DNA of 63,998 bases, the filler included, from Globobulimina sp. (Eukaryota), in NCBI GenBank assembly GCA_003354225.1. It is 15 parts of 15 records of this genome, joined end to end, with 100 filler letters (N's around TTAATTAATTAA, not from the genome) between each part and the next. Parts side by side here need not be neighbours in the genome. Positions count along the whole stretch, not along the records: positions 8,558 to 12,734 come from PIVH01001514.1; positions 12,835 to 17,011 come from PIVH01001515.1; positions 17,112 to 21,287 come from PIVH01001516.1; positions 21,388 to 25,563 come from PIVH01001517.1; 11 more parts are not named here. One strand, written 5' to 3'. A program made the translations under genes and the position numbers. The notes beneath the pieces were generated by a model. It worked only from the letters and a program-made list of their open reading frames with translations, searched no databases and had not been told where the DNA came from. This document shows positions 12,552 through 25,663 of the stretch, one piece after another (within the stretch, counting starts at the first letter, position 1; each line of letters opens with the position of its first letter).

Positions 12552-12693
12552 GCGCCACATTGCGGCGCCACATCTGTGGCGTCGCACTTTTTCAATTTAT
12601 GTGGCGTCACACTTTTTCAATTTTTGTGGCCTCACTTTTCCAATTTATGTGACGAATAAATACTACGAAGCGTTAGCTGAGTACTATTTATTC
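12552..12693. repeat. About 25-bp tandem repeat x3, with inverted CGCCACA units and a terminal hairpin
   Basis: TGTGGCGTC(G/A)CACTTTTTCAATTT at 12575, 12600 and 12625; CGCCACA twice upstream; GAATAAATA...TATTTATTC stem. Confidence 0.8.
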
Positions 12694-12865
12694 ATATGAA
12701 TATATCCGCTGTGTTTCAGAGTGTTTGCCATTTCNNNNNNNNNNNNNNNNNNNNNNNNNNNNNNNNNNNNNNNNNNNNTTAATTAATTAANNNNNNNNNN
12801 NNNNNNNNNNNNNNNNNNNNNNNNNNNNNNNNNNATTACCACCCACAAAGCCAGTCAAGATACCA

Positions 12866-13174
12866 ATGGCAAAACCACAAAGATCACCAAAATCACAAAG
12901 ATCCCCAAAATCGCAAAGATCCCCAAAATCGCATAGCTATGCTCCATCATCACCATTATTGGTGATGAATGTTAAAGATGTTTTTAAAAAGAATACAAAA
13001 CAAAGGAAGCGAGCTCGTCCGGTGGCAAACAGCATTGCCAGTAAACTTATACAACAACAAAACGCCAAAGAATTAGAAAAGATGTATGAAGAGCAAGAGG
13101 AACAATTAGTAAAACAAAAAACAAAACAAATCAATTGTGCTCCGTTGATTGCAGCTAATTCATTGAAAACATAA
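12866..13174 (+). CDS. Basic protein with QRSPKS repeats (possibly 5' partial)
   Basis: ORF with an 18-bp repeat x3 encoding SPK motifs and a coiled-coil-like segment. Confidence 0.45.
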   Translation: MAKPQRSPKSQRSPKSQRSPKSHSYAPSSPLLVMNVKDVFKKNTKQRKRARPVANSIASKLIQQQNAKELEKMYEEQEEQLVKQKTKQINCAPLIAANSLKT

Positions 13175-13400
13175 CAGCATAATGTCAGATATATTAATTA
13201 GTTCAAATCGTATCCATCACATTTTATTCATTTTATTGTTTCTTTTTTATTGTGTTTGTGTACAATATATTAATTGTTTTTTTTTATAAATTGAGTATTT
13301 TTGAGATTCTTTTTGAAAAAAAAAGCCTTATATATATCTCCTTGCACATATATATGGCCTGAACTGCAACCTCAGACACAAAAATGTTTTAAAAACTTTA

Positions 13401-14843
13401 ATGACTACAACATCTGCTCTATCTTCTATCTCTGCCCCGACGATGGCGGGAAGCATAACTACGTATTGTATTCCATCATTCATTTTGCTGATTGGTTCTG
13501 AAATCGCAATGAGTTGGATTTATGGAGATATTAAAAGAGTATATCGTGTAAATGATGCAATTAATTCAGTTTCATTGGGAATGGTAGAACAAACATTTGG
13601 TGCTATGATTCTCCCACTTATGACAAAACAATATGATACACTTTACAAATATCGATTATTTAATATACCAAATACATGGCCGAGTGCCTTCGGAATAATG
13701 TTGTTTAGAGATTTTTTATATTATTGGGCTCATAGATTTGCTCATCAGTCTAATTTCATGTGGGCTGCCCATAGCATCCACCATTCATCGGAGGATTTCA
13801 ATTATTCCACGGCATTACGACAAGCAGCATTTCAAGGTCTTGCTAATATGTGGCTTACTATTTACCCACCAGCAATAATCGGTGTTCCCTTTCAAATATA
13901 TCTATTTCATGCATCATTAAATGTTGTCATGCAATTCTGGATTCACACGCGATATTGTCAGGATTTAGGAGCATTAGAATACATTTTCAACACACCAGCT
14001 CAGCATATCATTCATCATTCGCGTGCTCCGGCATATTGCGATAGTAATTATGGCGGATGGTTCTCTGTTTGGGACCGATTATTTGGAACTTTCAAGCTCG
14101 GTCATCGACCACACAAATTTGGCGTTATTGGTATGTACTTTTCATGTTTTTGATTTGTTTACAAAATAACATTGAAAGCAGAACAACATTATACATGGGA
14201 TCCATTGCTCATTAATTTGAAAAATTATTGGTTGTTATTTACACGAATGAGTCGGAAAAAGGGAATTATTTCTAAGGGCAAATGGTTATTTTCAGGTAAT
14301 AGGTTTGTATATGACGGTGGTATAAAAGGCAGAGAGTTGTCAAAGAAAATAAGATATAATCCAATATTAACAAGCAAGCAAAGTGTATATTGCTGTGTTT
14401 TGTTTGTTTGCTCGATGTTGGAATATTTAGCGCCATTATTAACGGCAAAGGATAAAGGATATAAACATAAGTTGCTACGTGGAATGTATTTGATATTTTC
14501 ATTGAGTTCTTTGGGACAGTTTATGAGTAAAACAAAATGGGGCACAATTACAGAAACCTTGAGATGGATATTAATGATTGGAGTTTTAGGCAGTGATTCG
14601 TTGATTGGAGCAGGGCAATTTCCGTTGTTATTTGATGATTGCAATTATAATATTGCTAGATTTTTAAGTAGTAATGTTGCTGTTTTATGTGTTAACTTAC
14701 ATAGTAAATACAAAACAGTCATTGGATCGGCAATTGTGGCATTTGCTTTGTGGAGTTTGAAAAATGTGCTTTTGTTTAATTACAGCGATCAAGATGAAGA
14801 TGAAGACAATCACACAAAAAAAGACAAACCACTGTACACCTAA
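13401..14843 (+). CDS. AGMO: Alkylglycerol monooxygenase / fatty-acid hydroxylase family; intron 14131-14178 (or 14181)
   Basis: His boxes YYWAHRFAH, WAAHSIHHSSE, FWIHT, NTPAQHIIHH and NYGG...WDRLFGTF; NYSTALRQ motif. Confidence 0.85.
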
Positions 14844-15040
14844 TTTGACTCTAAGTGTTTTAAAAGTTTTTAATTGAATGGCACATAATTATATATTTAA
14901 TTGAATGGCACAACCATCCATAGCATTGATTACATCGCGTATATGGAGTCAACGAAATCTGTAAGTATTTTATAATAGATCCTTGATGACTTCACAATAA
15001 TTCAAATCATGAGTGTTCAATAGTTATATTTAATTGATAA

Positions 15041-16786
15041 ATGGCACACAATTATATGAAAAAAAAAGGAAAAAAAGTGTCTGCATATTATGGGTTTGGT
15101 ACTTTGAATGTTACATCAGTACATTGGAAAAATCCTACTTTAGACATAGACATACAACCATTGCATAGCAAAACTGTTCAATCGTTCAACAAAGCTGCAG
15201 CGTATCCAAACTTTAAATATGTCAAAAAATCAAAGAAACGGAAAAAGAAAAAGAAAAAAAGTAATGAACAAAAGGAGCCAACGCGACCATTATCTGCTTC
15301 ATTGATATCAAAAGCAAATAATAAGAAAGTTATAACTTCACAAGATTCAGATTCAGGAAGCATTCAATTTGAATTAATTAATGAATTAAAACAAGAGATA
15401 TCTGATCAAATAAAAAAACAAAACGTAAAAAGTAATGATTCAACCACTCAAAAACAAACAAATAAAAAAAATAAAGAGCCAATATTTGTGCCGCATATCG
15501 GTGCACCAATCGGTTCTCCAAAACGCCCAAAACACCAAAGTTTTCAACGACGACCGGCCTCTGGCCGTAGTAGACCAATTTTAGATGTTTGCATTAAAAA
15601 AAAAAAAAAAAGTTCAAAAAATACAAACAATCAGAAATGTAAAAATAATAGATTTAGTAAACCGACTCGCAAAATTTATTATAAGTACACACGTAACGAA
15701 CAACGTAATGAACGTAAACAATTACAATCACATATTCATACAATAAATGTAGGGGTTCAACCAATCCATAATTACAAATTAAGTGCGCCTTTTGCATCAA
15801 ATACGCCTCGAATATATCCATTAAATAAATTAATGGAAAATCCATCGTATCAAAAATTTCAAAATATAGAAAAATCGACGATAGTACAAAAAAATAAAAA
15901 AAGATACAGACCATTGTCAAGCAAACCAAATAAGACTAAAACAAAAATAAATAAAAGGAAAAAAAGAAAAAATAAACAAAAGCTAAAGCGTCCAACGTCT
16001 GCTCCTATCACTTCGTACAAGCGGCATGAAACCAGACATGACGAAAATGATTATGCCTCAATGCAATCGTATATAGCTAACATAGCAAATATAGAAAATA
16101 ATGTAGTAAAAGACACTTCGTTATGGAATCCATTCGACGGAATTACAATGTTTGAATTGCAATATTTGGTGGCTTTTTTGCGAAGGAAACAGAAATTATA
16201 TCGCATTTCGCCGCATACTTTAGATGTTTTAGATAAATGTTTGCGTTTTTATGTCAGCAATGATTCGTATGAAACCGCATGGAATGCATGGAATATTATA
16301 CAAAAGTTTCTATTGCCTGATAACAGCCAGTTAGATATTGACAAAACTCTTTGTAGACAAATATTATGCAAATATCAAACTCAATCAAGAGATTTGAAAC
16401 ATAATCATATTAATCAAGATTTATTTGATAATATTATACAAGAAATAGGCATTAAAATTGCTGAGAATATTGCAGATAAACAAGAATTTATGATTGAATT
16501 TGAGAAATATGTTATTAATATACAACAGTCATCTCATTATGATTCAGAGCCTCCACACAATATAAACACAAAACGGCCACAATCTGCAAGCACCACAGAT
16601 CTACTTCATAACGGAGACAATAATATAATTCAAAAACGACCGCAATCTGCGTTGCCGCAATCATCAAAAAAGAATTACAATAAATTGACAAATATTGATG
16701 AAGAAATACAAGTTATACAACCAAGTGAAGCTACTGGTAATGTAAAAATTAAATATTGTTTGGATGGTATCATTGATGAAATGTAA
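15041..16786 (+). CDS. Lys-rich protein with a C-terminal RGS-like domain and RPxSA repeats
   Basis: FL...LRFY...AWNIIQKFL...QLDID...DLFDNIIQEI matches the RGS helix pattern. Confidence 0.6.
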   Translation: MAHNYMKKKGKKVSAYYGFGTLNVTSVHWKNPTLDIDIQPLHSKTVQSFNKAAAYPNFKYVKKSKKRKKKKKKSNEQKEPTRPLSASLISKANNKKVITSQDSDSGSIQFELINELKQEISDQIKKQNVKSNDSTTQKQTNKKNKEPIFVPHIGAPIGSPKRPKHQSFQRRPASGRSRPILDVCIKKKKKSSKNTNNQKCKNNRFSKPTRKIYYKYTRNEQRNERKQLQSHIHTINVGVQPIHNYKLSAPFASNTPRIYPLNKLMENPSYQKFQNIEKSTIVQKNKKRYRPLSSKPNKTKTKINKRKKRKNKQKLKRPTSAPITSYKRHETRHDENDYASMQSYIANIANIENNVVKDTSLWNPFDGITMFELQYLVAFLRRKQKLYRISPHTLDVLDKCLRFYVSNDSYETAWNAWNIIQKFLLPDNSQLDIDKTLCRQILCKYQTQSRDLKHNHINQDLFDNIIQEIGIKIAENIADKQEFMIEFEKYVINIQQSSHYDSEPPHNINTKRPQSASTTDLLHNGDNNIIQKRPQSALPQSSKKNYNKLTNIDEEIQVIQPSEATGNVKIKYCLDGIIDEM

Positions 16787-17111
16787 AATATTATATGATT
16801 GAAAACAATCTCTTGTTTCAGTATATATTTGCAAACGTAGTTTACTGTGCCTTTAGCTTCTGTCCATTCGGAGTTATCTTTTGGAATACATCGTTTAGGG
16901 AATGTTGGTAAATTACCAAACCTAAACCAGCCAACTTTGAGCGCCGCGAGAAAGACTTATTAGCAGCGTTCTGCAAAAAAGTACAGCCATCGCAAGTCAT
17001 TGAATTCCGTGNNNNNNNNNNNNNNNNNNNNNNNNNNNNNNNNNNNNNNNNNNNNTTAATTAATTAANNNNNNNNNNNNNNNNNNNNNNNNNNNNNNNNN
17101 NNNNNNNNNNN

Positions 17112-17917
17112 TTTCAATCCGTTCAGTTTCGAATATTAGAAAATAAATTAGGTTTAGATAGACATAAACGAATGAAATATGACAAGAAAGAATATACAGA
17201 AGTACTTTCGAAGCAGCATCAACAAGTAATTTTGGAGAAAAGCAAAGGAAAACAATCTTTATTTGAGGTTTTGGAGAAATGGCTAGAAAGATTCCCATAC
17301 TTACAAAGTCATGATTGGTCGTTTTGGAATGAATACAAATTAGCTGTGAATGATTACATTTTGGAAGAGAAACAATTGTATTTAAATAATATTAGTCGCA
17401 AAGATAAAGAGTATGAAAAAGAATTAGAGGCAGCGTATCAAAAACATGTTGCAACATTCAATGCTATCTTTGATGAGACGCAATATCAAGAATTACGAAA
17501 TGAAGGCAAAGTAAGATTATCATACATTGCAATGAAAGCTGCATTGATGATTATGTTATATAGAGAAGAACCGCAATTACAAATGTATGTTTTTTTTATT
17601 TTTGTTGTGTCTTATTGTTGGACTGTTGGTGAAGGCCATTTCGTGTATTGGAGCTCTCTATGGATTTGGAGGCAGTGTTGACGCAATGGAGGAATGCCCA
17701 CGCTTTGATGGTGCATCGTATGTTAGGCAGTAAAATGGGGACTGGAGGTTCTTCGGGGTTTCATTATTTACGTACAGCTGCTTTACATCATAAAGTATTT
17801 TCCGACTTTTTTAATTTATCCACATACATGATACCAAAAAGTAATTTACCAAAATTACCAAATTCATTAAGATTTTGTATGCAATTTACATCTGAAAACA
17901 AGACTAACCTTAAATGA
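17112..17917 (+). CDS. TDO2: Tryptophan 2,3-dioxygenase (5' partial); intron 17585-17634
   Basis: FQSVQFRILENKLG, KWLERFP and WRNAHALMVHRMLGSKMGTGGSSGFHYL; 50-nt intron gives PQLQM-PFRVL. Confidence 0.95.
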
Positions 17918-18197
17918 TGAATGGCAAATAATATTCATGATATAAATAATGATTTGTATTTTTAGTGTTTATTTGTATTTTCTGCATTAAATATTCGATT
18001 GTTCGTCTAACACATGACAGCATACTCGAATCATATTCCTCTGTTATAAACATTGATCAAGTATTTTTCTATTAGCTATAGTGAGGATAGTACAGTGTCA
18101 TCGAGAAACTACAAACCAAATTAAACCAAATACTCTTGAATTAAGTTTAAAAACTTGATAGTTGATGTGAGTTAGTCATCTTTTATCAAAGTGAACA

Positions 18198-20979
18198 ATG
18201 ACAGCAGGAGCACATTTATCATTTCTTTTATTTTTTGCAGTGTTATTAAATCTAACAACATGTCATTTAAAATGTGGCCATGATACTTTTGAGCACCAAA
18301 TCTATCGAAATATCCGAACAAGTCTACCTCGACAAAACAAGAATATACTGACAAGAAATCAACGTAATTTACAAGATGCAGCAAATGATAATTTACCCGC
18401 AGATAATAACAATTGGGATAATATACGAATTGCATTCAACACAGAAGGTTTACTCTCTGGATGGACCAACACAAACTTTAAAAAATGGTTTGCCGTCGAT
18501 GTAATACCGGCAGCCATTGAATATTTACAGCAAAGTTTGTATCTAATTTATCTTAAACCGATCCTTTGCAGTTACACACTTTTATTTTATAGTCATTAAA
18601 GTTCGCCCAATCGACGGCAATTTAACCTTAGAGAGGAAATGTAGTTCGTGGCTAAATGAAGCAGAAAATAAATGCAAATCGTTATCGCATTCGTACAGAT
18701 CATGCAGTGGCTATTTTGACATCGAAGAATATTATTTCGATGAAATATATCTATGTCCAAATGGCGATGAAAGTTGTACACTGTCTCAAAGTGGCGGCGG
18801 CACTGCACATGATTTAACATTATATTTCGTGGGCAAATCATCAGGCGGTGGATGCTCCGGTGTGTACGGATACAGTTCCTATTGCCACAGCAATCTGTAT
18901 GACCGACCCATTGCAGGCTTTATAAATTTATGTGAGCAGACCTTGTTAGATGAAGGCGTTTATTTTACGTGGGAAAAGGCAGTGACATTGGTAGTGCACG
19001 AAGTGTATCACGTGTTAGGTTTCTCATCCACGGGATTTGCCTATTTTCGACGCAATGACGAGGCGCGAAGTGCAAGGTCGCCCCGCCACGGCGGCGATAA
19101 TGGGGATGGCGATGAACATGATGCTAATTTTGGCGATGTTTTACATAGTAATGAACGCGGCAGACATTATGCCTATGGCAATGATACGATAATCTATAAA
19201 TATGTCGCAAAACGAGAGAAAACCGCTGCATTTATTGTATTACCTACGGTTTTGACCGTAATTCGTGAGTTTTATAATTGCTCCACAATGATTGGACTGG
19301 AGTTGGAAGATTTTGGTGGCTCGGATACTGCGTCGAGCCATTGGGAACAGCGTATTTTATCCATGGAGTTTATGATTGGATATATCTCATCGGCTGCACC
19401 GGTTTCTATATTCTCATTCGCTGTGTTTGAAGATAGTGGATGGTACCAAATGAATTGGGAGTATGCCACGATACCACCATATGGTTTGTACTCTGTATTG
19501 TAAAGCCGGACAAAAGTGTTTTCGTGTTTTGGCATTACGGCTTTGAATGCTTTGAGTAGACAGTTTTTCCAAAGTAAAGTAAAGTGCTTACGGAATAATG
19601 GCAGCTTGTTTTGTGTAACATTGAACATTCCCCTTTTTGAGGCTTCTATTGTTGCAAAATTAAATATCAATCATGTTCTGTGCAAAGGTAAATCGTTTGG
19701 GTGTGATTGGTATGAAGAGAAATGTATAGTTGCTGTAGGTAATAAATTAAAAGCCTTAGACGAAGATATGTATTGCACAGAAGATGTAAAATATGCGTGC
19801 GCCGCCGATTACGTTGGCAAATCAAATTGCGAGTTGAAGGAATATACGGATGGCTCATTGCCATCACCATATCAATATTTTGGCGGTTTCGGCGATAACA
19901 TAACTGGCGGTGTCTTAGGATACGCTGATTTTTGTCCAATGTTTTACCATTATTCAAATGGTGACTGTCGGATTACTGAATCTTCGCACCTTTACGACTC
20001 ATTTGGTGCACAGATATGTCCACAATGTAAATGTAATGAAATGTATTCACATGATTTTAAAAAAAATTATGCAATTTGCTATCAATCGCAATGTGCGCAA
20101 AATTACTTATATTCTGACATAATATCTTCATTCGATTACAACGACAATGAATATTATAATGATTATAGTGATTATGTAGCGATACGAATAAAAATATCAA
20201 ATGACGAATATGATAAATATGAATATATTACCTGTTTTAGATTCGAATCTGATGAATATAAAAAAACCTCATATTATTCGTATTACATAAAATGTCCCCA
20301 ATTTGATGATATTTGCTATAATAAGAATCCATGGATGTGCCATGGCCACGGTATGATTAATCCGGATGGCGGAGGCGATGAATGTTTTTGTAATCATGGC
20401 TACATTGGATGTGATTGCACCATTCGCAATACACAAGAAAATAAATGGGACAGCGATGCCATAGACAGTACGTGTACGTATACGGAAGAAACAGTTGATA
20501 CATTTGGCTCAATGCCTGCACAAAATGAGAAGGATCTTAATTGGGATTATTTAGGTTTGGTGAATGTAACCATGCAAATTGATAATCGATATACGATTGA
20601 AAACATTATCAAAACATTGCGGCTATGGGTTGCCATCGATGTTAAAATACATGAAGAAAATGTATGGATTCAATCGTATCAAGATATGGATGAAAATAAA
20701 TTCAACTCTCTTTCTGGCGATATCCAAAATGATGAGGATGTTCAAAATTATTCCATCAGTATTGCTTATTATGATGATCAGAATCAAAATAAAATCAAAC
20801 CGGATTTATTAGTACATGAGTTTCGTTATTTATTCAACGCGGATTCGAAGAAAAAAGCAAATGATAATAGGTTTATATTGTATGATATTTATAATATCAA
20901 AGATCCAGACTCTGGTTGTAATGTTATAGCACCACGGTTTATTTTGTTGTTCTCGTTTGTGTTGATTATGTTATATTAA
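18198..20979 (+). CDS. Leishmanolysin/GP63 (M8) metalloprotease with EGF-like domain and hydrophobic C-terminal tail; introns 18535-18592 and 19484-19687
   Basis: Signal peptide, CGHD propeptide, RPIAG.IN.C, HEVYHVLGF, ELEDFGGSDTASSHWEQR, FEDSGWY, YGKSFGC and ADFCP motifs. Confidence 0.92.
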
Positions 20980-21537
20980 TTTTAAAATTGATTTTGTTTT
21001 TGTACAATTTTTATGTTTTTTCTTTATGTCATAAGAGATTGAGTTACATACATTCCATCAATAGCTTTTTTTATATTTTTTTAATTTTTTTCTCTCACTT
21101 TTTTTTTCTTTGTTATCGATTTGCTTTAATTCATTACTTTTATGCAACAAAATGTTCCGATCTTAAGAAAAATCACCAATCTAAAAACAAACAAAACAAA
21201 AAAAGTAAAAAAATGTTTTTTTTTAATGAGCGTGATACTGAGTGATATCGCCTTCATTATCCATATTATTATTGTTATTAAGTGATTNNNNNNNNNNNNN
21301 NNNNNNNNNNNNNNNNNNNNNNNNNNNNNNNTTAATTAATTAANNNNNNNNNNNNNNNNNNNNNNNNNNNNNNNNNNNNNNNNNNNNATGAAAGACACAA
21401 AAACACCAACTAAACGATAAATCGATAATGCTGTCGTGATCTCCTATCGTAAACTTATTTTGGTTACATAGTTGTGTCTCAATCCTATACAGACCACAGC
21501 AGGCCTTCATATTATAAAATCAACGACCAACAACATA

Positions 21538-24500
21538 ATGAGCAACAACGCTAACAAACAACATACAAAACGGAGCTTATCTCCGTCATCTGACCCATTA
21601 CTTCCATCAAACAGTTCATCGCCACCACCAAAAAAGAAGCGAAAGAAAAATAATCACTGCAACCTCTTATTATTCAAAGATTTTTCACATCGTTGTCATC
21701 TCCAAAATAGTTAAAAAAACAATTTATTATCACATAGGCGTACATTCATTAAAAAAAAAATATTAAATTGTTGACAATGATAAGATATACTACCATCCGC
21801 ATATCGCGCAGCAAAATTTAACATCAAAAACCTGTGTCCATTGCATGATATGTTGCCAGTCATTGGCGAAATGGAAGAGGAACCATTTAAGTTTGGTGTT
21901 ATTGATATGCGCCATATATGCATTAAATTCTATAAATATAATTAATATGAGATCTGAAATTAAAACATGTAAGGCATTCAACAGAGAGTCATTTCGGCGA
22001 TGTTCGGTATACATTACGTAATGGATTTTTACAGAGTCAATGTTCAAATTTTACAGAGTCCAATAAAAATTATATAAACAGCCTGATAAATCATGCACAT
22101 TCAGATATGAATAATATTAAGAATCTATCCGTTTGGGTCTGTACCGGCGAGAAAGATGAATGCCTTGATTTTCGAGCCAAATTGTCACATCATACAATTA
22201 CAAAAAACAAAACAAAAACAAAAACAGATTCAGATGATCATGAAATAAATACAGATATAGATGCATATAATGGCAGCGGTAGCGGTAGCGGTGTTATTCA
22301 AATTCCCTTAAACTTGCAAAATGTATTGATGCCATTTATGAACTCATTATCCAATGGCTCACAGAATTGCAATTTATTTTTCAATGTATTTAGTGATCAT
22401 GACGTCGACAATGAAGAGAATAATAACAATAACAATGATAATGAATTAGAATTACGCTTTTTACCCTTAGATGCATTACCTATACAAAACCAGATAAATA
22501 CGAAAAGATTAGCTTTCAAAGTGTTATCCTGTGGTACTTTTAAAAGGAATCTACAACCCATGGTATGTCAATATGTGTTGACAGATTAGATTAATGAGAT
22601 TCTTCTCTGTTATTTGTATATATAGCCTGATGCGTGTCGCATAACAAAATTAACGGATGGCCAGGATTGCTATGCATGTATTGATGATGCATTAGATATT
22701 GGTATTAGAATAAACACAAAAAAAGTATTTGACAGGAAAAAGCAGCAAGGCGCTGATAGTGTGTTGGGAGCGGGCTTTGATTGCAGCTCTAAATGTTCCT
22801 GGAGGAAACCACGAGGTACTGTACTGCACAATATTTAATTGCCTATGCTTTGTTGCAATTGTCTGTCATCGCATAATCGCATATTTGCCTATGCAGTATA
22901 TTGGGTATCAAAGAGTACGGGCTATGTTCGCGATCCTTTACGATGTCCCAATAAATTACAAAAGAGAGTTGTATCAAATATGGATGTGCGAATTTCATTG
23001 TTGTGGCCAAGACATATGACAGGTAAGTTATTATAAGCAATTAATCTGATTTCATGTCTATGTATACATAATTACCGATCGATTCGATATGTAGGCAGAG
23101 TGGATTTTTATTTGGGCGGAATCATATCACCATATATCGAGAAGATTAATGTGGATACATATGAACCCGCTGTTGGCCATGAATTAGATTCATTGAATAA
23201 TGATAATAATCTCGACAACGACAATTGCAATAACTGGGAAATTGTAGCGAAAAATGCACCGGATAATAATGATGATATTCTGAGTGCGATTCAATCGAAT
23301 ATTACCAATACCTTCAACAATATGAATAATATGAATGATTTCAATGGCATTAATACAAACAGTATGAGTTTCAATGGTCTTTTCAGGCAGATACCACCTC
23401 CACCGACCACCTTACAATTTAATCCAATCACAAATAACAGCATAAATATACCAAACCCACAATTTGTATATCAAAGCCAACCGCAGTCACATCGATATCC
23501 ACAACCACCAAATCCGAATAATATGCATATGATACAAATACCGCCAGTCATAAATAACAATATTTCTAACAATACAAATCATTTTCATTTATTTGCAACT
23601 CCACCGGTACCCAATGTCGCTAATTTCGAGTCTAATTCATCTACGAACAGCGGCACAACAAACACCACGCATAATTGTAATAATTCGCCTGGTAACGGAC
23701 AACAACAACAACAACAACAGTCATCGCCAGTATCATTATCGAGCAATACGGCCTCAACCGCCACCGCCACCACAACCACATCCAGTACTGGACCATTAGG
23801 CGCATCCGCCACAAATGTAGATGCCCACAGTTTGAGTATTTTAAATTGTGTCGAAAAAGATCTTATTATGGGCACATTAAATCATTCCACGAGTATTAAT
23901 AAATTAAATGTCCAGGCACCATATGTATTGGATGCGTTATCACAATTATTAATATTTTGCATAAAGCATCAGAATGGAAATAATCGATATCAGAATAGCA
24001 ACAATCCTGTACATGTACATGTGATTGATGTGCATTGCAATTATTATGTAGCCATTCTTAATCACATTGGTAAGTCCTTAGGTGAGCAGTGCGCAGTGGA
24101 CGGTTTTATTAAATGTTGGATTGATATGGATACAGATACAGAGAATACTGTCCATGTCCGTAGTAATAATAATAATAGTAATAATGCAGAGAATTTATGC
24201 AGTTTTATGCATTTAGTGACAAGATACAATCGCGTCAATTTAATGCAACATACACTTACATTATTTTCCGCTTTTTATAAGAATTTAGTGAATGCATTTG
24301 TCGACATTCGGACTACGTTATACAATGAGAGCAGTTTAGTGATCGGTATCAAATATGGCTATGAGGATATGATCGAATATATGTTATCCGGCATATGGCG
24401 CGCAAATGGCATCAACTCGCCGATTGTTATGAATAATATTATAAATTCAGCATTTGATAATTGTGGCACCACTGTATTGGCTGCATTGATTCAGTTTAAA

Positions 24501-24764
24501 TTATTTCTTGTGTTGGGATATTTGATTAATAATAATGTGAAAGCACGGACACAGTTTCTATCACAGCGAGATATTCTGATGATTGAACAGAATATAAATA
24601 TCAATCAAAATACACAGCAAATCGGCAATATACATACCATCAACAATATGAATATAATGAATAATATGAATCCAAATGCAATGAATAATATGAATGCTAT
24701 GAATATGATGCAAATTCAGCCCCCAATCATGAATAATATTAATACTAAATTGATTATGCAATAA
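21538..24764 (+). CDS. Multi-exon protein with NLS (PPPKKKRKK), N/Q-rich region and ankyrin-like C-terminus; exon structure only partly resolved
   Basis: Several short ORFs joinable by GT-AG introns (e.g. the one starting at 22816 removes the in-frame TAA at 22836); large last exon 23100-24764. Confidence 0.5.
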
Positions 24765-25663
24765 ATGGAGCAGTTACAAAATATACTAAAATTGTTATAA
24801 TATCATATAATTTTTCTGTTAATACATTTTTAAATTATGTACATTATATTTGCTTTTTTTATCGTTATAATTTCCTATTTTTTATTATGTCCTGCTTTTT
24901 TTTTATTGAGTCCGTCGTTGTACATTTCATTTATTTTATGATTACACGCCTTTTTCAATTTGATTTTTTTGTGTATTGTGTATATCTTTTTATTGTCCCA
25001 AATATCTTTTAAATTATTTTTTTTTTAGGTTTTAATTCAGGATCTTCAAACAAAAAAAACACTGTTTCTCTTTAGACAAACAAATGTTTTTGTAATCTAT
25101 TTAAACGAAATGCGGAAACAAGAAAGTTTCACGATAAAAACTCGAAGTTTCTCGCATTTTTAGCTTAGTCCAGTCATAATAACACTTACGTGTTGCTTAG
25201 CCTAGTCACAGATTAATTTGTAAACCTAAACCCATATATAATGTATACTTAAGGTTAATATGCAATATAAGGAATATTGTTCCCATTTTGTACTGACTGC
25301 TCTGGTGTGATATAAGCCACCAAATGATAAAATATATTGAATAATATCTGATGAGAATATCTCTACAAGATTGCAAATCTGATCCATTAATTTCTTGCTT
25401 TACAAAATCTTTGACACGAGTGACAGGAATGACGCGCAATATTGCGATTAAATCATGAATACAGTAGTGTTCCCGATAAGAGGTACGCATATTAGTACTA
25501 ATATATATATATTAGTTACTAATATATTTATATTCTGGAGCACATGTCACGGATTTTTTTACTNNNNNNNNNNNNNNNNNNNNNNNNNNNNNNNNNNNNN
25601 NNNNNNNTTAATTAATTAANNNNNNNNNNNNNNNNNNNNNNNNNNNNNNNNNNNNNNNNNNNN

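Noticed and set aside
12575-12654. CRISPR-like or plasmid iteron array
   Set aside because: Units are directly tandem with no unique spacers, no cas or rep gene is present, and the context is eukaryotic.
22801-22900. In-frame TAA between coding-looking segments, suggesting stop-codon reassignment
   Set aside because: An 81-nt GT...CAG intron removes it; TAA, TAG and TGA all terminate conserved genes elsewhere in the window.
25489-25527. TATTAGTACTAATA palindromic cluster
   Set aside because: Low-complexity AT sequence; expected in this base composition.
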